A stretch of 28,257 nt of DNA, from positions 1-28,257 of the forward strand of contig NW_021827516.1 of NCBI RefSeq assembly GCF_006345805.1, read 5' to 3'. The notes beneath the pieces are model-generated. The model did not search any database, had not been told where the DNA came from, and worked only from the letters and a program-made list of their open reading frames with translations. The position numbers were made by a program, and so were the translations under genes. Below, one piece after another: positions 23,598-28,257 of this stretch; within the stretch, counting starts at the first letter, position 1, and every line of letters begins with the position of its first letter. The stretch comes from Octopus sinensis (Eukaryota).

Positions 23598-23630
23598 CTG
23601 GAAAACATGAAAGAATATGGTCACTGTCAT
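23598..23630 (-). promoter_or_regulatory. Splice acceptor 5 nt upstream of the Ig-gene ATG
   Basis: Minus strand CCATATTCTTTCATGTTTTCCAG|AAAAGATG: pyrimidine tract and CAG, exon starting at 23597. Confidence 0.6.
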
Positions 23631-23704
23631 AATAAAAAAAAGTTTTACAGTGTGCATATGTGTGTGTATGTGTGTGTGTGCGCACGTATGCGTGTGTTTT
23701 TGTT

Positions 23705-23736
<32 letters not shown>

Positions 23737-24084
23737 CACGCATACACACACATATGTATATACATAGGGAAAAACAAGGAGAAGAAAATGAAGAATAAAT
23801 GGATGTAATTACTGATTTATTTTCATGTTCTTGAAAGATGACGTTTTTTTTTTAAATAAAAAAATAACAAATACATTGGAAATTGAAAGCTCAAAAGAGT
23901 TAAGAAAATAACGTAAGAAAAACCTACATATATGTTTCTGTCAAACCAATAAGTAGATGGGAATCTCCAAAACATGTTGGTTAATGTCAAGGAAATTGCC
24001 ACATTCATACTATTTTATGGTTGGACTTCCTCGGGATTCAAAAAGACCTGACTCCACTTAGGTGATCATTATATCTTTTGAGGA

Positions 24085-24114
24085 ATAGACAGACAGACAA
24101 ACAGGCAGGTAGGC

Positions 24115-24171
<57 letters not shown>

Positions 24172-24217
24172 CATACATACATACATACATACATACATTG
24201 CCAGACAGACAGACAGG

Positions 24218-24256
<39 letters not shown>

Positions 24257-24496
24257 GTAGTTAGTAGATAGATCAGATAGATAGATATATAGGTAGGTAG
24301 TAGGTAAGTAGGTAGGTAGTAGTAGGTAGGTAGGTAAGGTAGTAGGTAGTTAGCTAGGTAGCTAGTTGTTTGATAGATAGATATACAGACAGGCAGGCAG
24401 ATATGCATGTGGGTAGGTAGATAGCTAGCTAGACCGACAGACAGACATACAGTCAGCAGACAGACAGACAGACAGACAGATAGACAGACAGATAGT

Positions 24497-24537
<41 letters not shown>

Positions 24538-24540
24538 TCA
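24085..24540. repeat. Compound tetranucleotide microsatellite (AGAC/AGAT/ACAT/AGGT)n
   Basis: Directly visible. Confidence 0.95.
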
Positions 24541-24585
24541 TCCAAAAAATACATACACACTTCAATGAAGGAAAAGCGTAAAGAA

Positions 24586-24890
24586 ATATTTTAATATTAA
24601 ATTCAGACATCACGGGATTGTGGACAAAGTGGTCAAATTTACCGGAGATCAATGTCTAATGCGCAGAGTCAGCAAGAGGTTTAATAGGACCGTGTTTCTT
24701 TGAAGTTACTGGTTAAGCGTACAAGACATGCCACGCACGTCCATTTTACCTGCCAAACATGGACTTTATAGAAACGATGAATTTTTCTTTCAACAACATG
24801 ACGCACACTACTGCGACACCTATGATAGTAGAAGCAAAAGGTAACTTATATTAATCCCGTGATGTCTGAATAAATTTACTATTAAAATAT
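24586..24890. repeat. Inverted repeat pair (perfect 19-bp core plus 11-bp outer segment) around a 233-nt unique spacer
   Basis: ATTCAGACATCACGGGATT (24601-24619) is the exact reverse complement of AATCCCGTGATGTCTGAAT (24853-24871). Outer ATATTTTAATA (24586-96) pairs with TATTAAAATAT (24880-90). Confidence 0.9.
24759..24840 (+). CDS. Candidate first coding exon MDFIETMNFSFNNMTHTTATPMIVEAK (phase-1 donor)
   Basis: AAACATGG start context, 27 open codons, two N-glycosylation sequons (NFS, NMT), ending at AAG|GTAACT. Short, so chance cannot be excluded. Confidence 0.3.
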
Positions 24891-25092
24891 AATTTTAAGG
24901 TTTTTTTCTTTTCTTAAAGTGTGTATGCATTTGTGTTTGTGTGTGCGTAACCTATGTAGAAAATATATAAACAGGGCTAATTTAGCTAATTCTCCTTAGA
25001 TCGAAAAATATAATATCGATGAATAACCTTAATCGATTTCAAAAACTTATCGGGTGTCTACATCAATTTGACCAACCCCAGTTAAATCAAGT

Positions 25093-25520
25093 GAAGGCGC
25101 GTCGCTTAGTGGTTAGAGTATTCGACTTACGACCGCAAGGTCATGAGTTCAATTTCTGGCAACGCGTTGAGCCCTTGAGTAAAACAATTCCTGTCACGTT
25201 GCTTCAGTCCACTCATCTGGTAAAAATGAGTAGTACGTGTATTTCAAAGGGCCAGCCTTGTCACACTCTGTGCCACGTTGAGGCTACACGTGTCTGTGGA
25301 GTGCTCGGCCACTTGCACGTTAATAAATGAGCTGCGACGTCACTGGTGCCAAGCTGTATCAGCCTTTACCTTTCCCTTGGATAACATCGGTGGCGTTGAG
25401 AGGGGAGGCTGGTATGCGTGGGCGACTGCTGATTTTCCATAAACAACCTTGCCCAGACTTGTGCCTCGGAGGGTAAGTTTCTAGCTGCAATCCCATGTTC
25501 ATTCATGACCGAAGGGGGTC
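25093..25520 (+). mobile_element. tRNA-derived SINE family C
   Basis: Head GGCGCGTCGCTTAGTGGTTAGAGTATTCGACTTACGACCGCAAGGTCATGAGTTCAATTTCTGGC (A/B boxes) followed by a ~350-nt body. Confidence 0.75.
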
Positions 25521-25584
25521 ACAAAAATATATATATATATATATGGGGTGGGAGGCGTGTCTATTCTTTTATTCTGGTATTTAT

Positions 25585-25786
25585 TTTTATTTGTTTCAAG
25601 CATCTGACTGCGGCCATGCAGGACACCGCCTTGAGGGTTTTTTAGTCGAAGAAATCGACCCCATGTCTTTTTTAAAGTATAGTACTCAATCTATCAGTAT
25701 CTGTTGCTGAACCACTTGATTACGGGGATGTAAACGAACCAACACTGATTGTCAAGCGATGATGGTTAGACAAACACAGACACGCG

Positions 25787-25839
<53 letters not shown>

Positions 25840-26000
25840 CCGACGGACTTCTTTCAGTTTCCGTCTAAAAATCCACTCACGTGTCTTTGGTCGGTCAGGG
25901 GCTCTAGTAGAAGACACTTGTCCAAGGTGGCATGCAATGAGACTGAACACGAGATCTTGTGTTTGTGAAGCAAGTATCTAACCACACAGCCACGCTTCCA

Positions 26001-26002
<2 letters not shown>
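25585..26002 (-). mobile_element. SINE family A, full-length with internal (CA)n
   Basis: GACTGCGGCCATGC...TAGTCGAAGAAATCGACCCC...CTTCTTTCAGTTTCCGTCTA...AGTAGAAGACACTTG...ACCACACAGCCACG. Confidence 0.85.
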
Positions 26003-26075
<73 letters not shown>

Positions 26076-26163
26076 ATATATATATATATGATATATATGT
26101 GAGTGTGTGTGTGTATGTGTGAATGGTAAATATTTAATACCTACTTACAAACCTATATATTTG

Positions 26164-26195
<32 letters not shown>

Positions 26196-26210
26196 TGTAT
26201 ACATGCATGT
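26003..26210. repeat. (TA)n/(TG)n/(TATG)n microsatellite
   Basis: Directly visible. Confidence 0.9.
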
Positions 26211-26249
26211 GTACATACTTTGGTAGTCAACTCGTGACCTAGACTAATT

Positions 26250-26385
26250 TCGCTTTTTCATCCTTTGCCTTTCATCTTTTCGGGATTGATAAAATAACTA
26301 CCAGTTACGTACTGCGGTCGATGTAATCAACTTACACCCCACCCAAATTTCAAGCCTTTTGCCTATAGGAGAAACGTTTATTAGT
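26250..26385 (+). mobile_element. SINE family B, 3' fragment
   Basis: TTTGCCTTTCATCTTTTCGGGATTGATAAAATAACTACCAG...GGTCGATGTAATC...GCCTTTTGCCTATAG. Confidence 0.7.
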
Positions 26386-26397
26386 TTTTATGCCACC

Positions 26398-26670
26398 TTT
26401 GCCAAGTATCTTCTACTATATCCTCGGGCCGAAGAAAGTCTTTTGAGTGGATTTGGTAAATGGAAACTGAAAAAATACCGACGTAAGTTAGTGTGCGTGC
26501 GTGCGTGCGTGTGTGTGTGTGTGTGTGTGGAGGGTGAGAGAGAGTGTCTTGCGCCGGTGTCTGGCACCACAACCACATGTTATTGTGATCAATAGTGATC
26601 GATAGAATTACTACCAGGCTTAAAACAATAAGTACTGGCGTCATTTCATTCGACTAAAGATTCTTCAAGG
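26398..26670 (+). mobile_element. SINE family A, partial
   Basis: AAGTATCTTCTACTATATCCTCGGGCCGA...GAGTGGATTTGGTA..GGAAACTGAAA...GATAGAAT...TTCGACTAAAGATTCTTCAAGG. Confidence 0.75.
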
Positions 26671-26874
26671 ACTGTTGTGGACGATCAGTCCTAGGAGGTC
26701 TTCCTCTTTTGGGGAATTTTGTTGTTATATTCGATTATTGTTTTTGTTTTTTATTGTTTACACGCTTTTCATGTAATCCCACATTGTATTTGTCCTGTGT
26801 TGTCCATAATGCTTTATTTGTAACCCTTAGTGGTTAATAAAGTAATCATTATTATTGTTGTTGTTGTTAGTATT

Positions 26875-27020
26875 AAGGCAGCGAGCTGGCGGAATCGTTA
26901 AGTACGCCGAACAAAATGCTTAATAGCATTTCGTCCGTCTTCACGTTCTGAGTTCAAATTCCGCCCAGGTCGACCTTGTTTTTTTTATCCTCTCGGGTTC
27001 GATAAAAATAAGTACGCGTC
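26875..27020 (+). mobile_element. SINE family B, 5' part
   Basis: AAGGCAGCGAGCTGGCGGAATCGTTAAGTACGCCGAACAAAATGCTT...GAGTTCAAATTCCGCCCAGGTCGAC. Confidence 0.8.
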
Positions 27021-27389
27021 AACTAGTAAGTATGGTTTTTCTCTTTTATATACATACATTTAATAACCTGAGCGAACGGATCTGCTTCACGAAGAAACAA
27101 TTTGGATTATAACACCCTTCTATAGATAATGTATATACATGTTTGTATATATAATTTCGTATATATCCCAATCAAAAAAGAATATTTGCAACAGTGACCG
27201 TATCGACTCAACTTACCCACGCAAGAAATGCAGTCAAGTTTGTTGTTTCTATGTTGTCTTCATTCACTATTCTTAAATGGGCTGTAAATGACGTAATTTT
27301 AACAATGATGTTAACCACTATTATTGTGACGTGTATCACACATTCGTATCATGTACCGCTATGATGACAGCATCTTTAACACACACCGC

Positions 27390-27620
27390 CTTAAAAATTC
27401 ATCAGAAACCTTCTCAACCACGGAGTACCAGATTTAGTAGGCTGATGGTTCAGCTGCACCATCTCATACCTCATCTTCTCTGCAACACACGACGAGCTTG
27501 ATGAGCAACGCCTATTTTTGCCAGGATTTTTAAGTGAATTATCGAAAAACTGCAGTTCTTTCATCAGCCTTCCTGTGTTTACCTCCCCCACTGTGCGTCC
27601 TCATTGATGATGCTCTTCTA
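27390..27620 (-). mobile_element. Decayed RTE fragment (probable endonuclease-RT linker), inverted relative to 27625-28080
   Basis: Minus strand KELQFFDNSLK...RRCSS and, in another frame, RW...SLLN, resembling the RTE pre-RT linker (…ELQ…YGP…RWxEHFxxLLN). Confidence 0.45.
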
Positions 27621-27624
27621 CCGT

Positions 27625-28080
27625 AGATGGATTCATTGTCCTATCGTGGAAGCACGATCTCTAATACTGGACTCTTTGACGAGGACATACTCCATCAGAT
27701 CAACTTGGCCTCTGCATCTTCCAGAATGCTCAGCAAACGAGTCTTTCAAAACAAGAAGCTTAAAGCAAGTATAAACATCTCCGTTTATAGAGCTGTCTCT
27801 GCGTCCATAATCCTGTACGGGTCTGATCATTGGACCTTTAATCGGCGCCAGATCAGACAGTAAGAAGTGTTTCATATTAAATCGCCCCATACCGAAACCC
27901 CGCAGGTGCCGGATCAAGAACTCTGAGGCGTGCATCTTTAGTCCCCTTCTCTGCTGGGTTGACCATATGATCCGGATACCAGATAAGTGGCTCTCAAAGA
28001 TGATCCTCTTCAGCGAGATCGAAACTGGGGATGAGCCTCATGAAAGCCCAAATCTTTGTTTCATGATCATCTTAACCGGT
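27625..28080 (+). mobile_element. RTE (BovB-like) post-RT fragment, decayed
   Basis: DSLSYRGSTISNTGLFDEDILHQINLASAS..LSKRVFQNKKL..SINISVYRAV..SIILYGSDHWT, then LCWVDHMIRIPDKWLSKMILFSE. Confidence 0.8.
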
Positions 28081-28257
28081 TTCTTATCTTCTGCGATCTC
28101 CCAATTGGTCGGCGATAGGAAAATAGTGCGCCCCGTTCTCTCCTTATGTGAAAAGTTAATTTTTGATCAATTCGGTAGAAATCGAATTAACACATTCGAT
28201 TTAATCAGTTCCACATTTATCATTGTTCCCAGTAAAAAGGGAATCATACACGGGTTC

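Noticed and set aside
23593-23751. N-terminal 53 aa of track ORF 23080..23751
   Set aside because: It is microsatellite and intron-like sequence upstream of a clear splice acceptor at 23598; the real CDS starts at or just before ATG 23592.
27195-27364. Possible second exon for the + strand candidate gene (phase-1 frame open for ~57 codons, hydrophobic: VTVSTQLTHARNAVKFVVSMLSSFTILKW...)
   Set aside because: The acceptor is weak and A-rich, and an open frame of this length is expected by chance somewhere in 3 kb; no supporting homology.
28179-28202. 9-bp hairpin AAATCGAAT-TAACAC-ATTCGATTT
   Set aside because: Short and AT-rich, so compatible with chance; no other supporting context.

Overview
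This is repeat-dominated, AT-rich eukaryotic DNA. The very dense (TA)n/(TATG)n/(GATA)n microsatellites and the tRNA-derived SINEs with internal microsatellites suggest an octopus or other coleoid cephalopod (inference, not a database result). Most of the window is SINEs of at least three families, decayed non-LTR retrotransposons (CR1/L2-group, RTE, and one RLE-type R4/Dong-like 3' end) and simple repeats. Almost all ORFs in the supplied track are microsatellite or SINE artefacts. One convincing protein-coding exon is present at 23080-23592 (minus strand): a 170-aa single-Ig-domain type I membrane protein with signal peptide, Ig domain, TM helix and tail all in one exon. The most notable observations are: (i) a ~98-bp inverted repeat at 17757-17994 whose arms each fold as a minimal type I hammerhead-ribozyme-like motif, with a captured 47-nt piece of neighbouring RTE DNA spanning the loop, plus two more partial hammerhead-like motifs next to (TA)n tracts; (ii) two head-to-head (5'-inverted, twin-priming-like) RTE insertions; (iii) an R4/Dong-like insertion in (TAA)n with a paralogous empty site nearby; (iv) a candidate + strand coding exon bracketed by a perfect 19-bp inverted repeat. 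Transposon boundaries are approximate and were read by eye.
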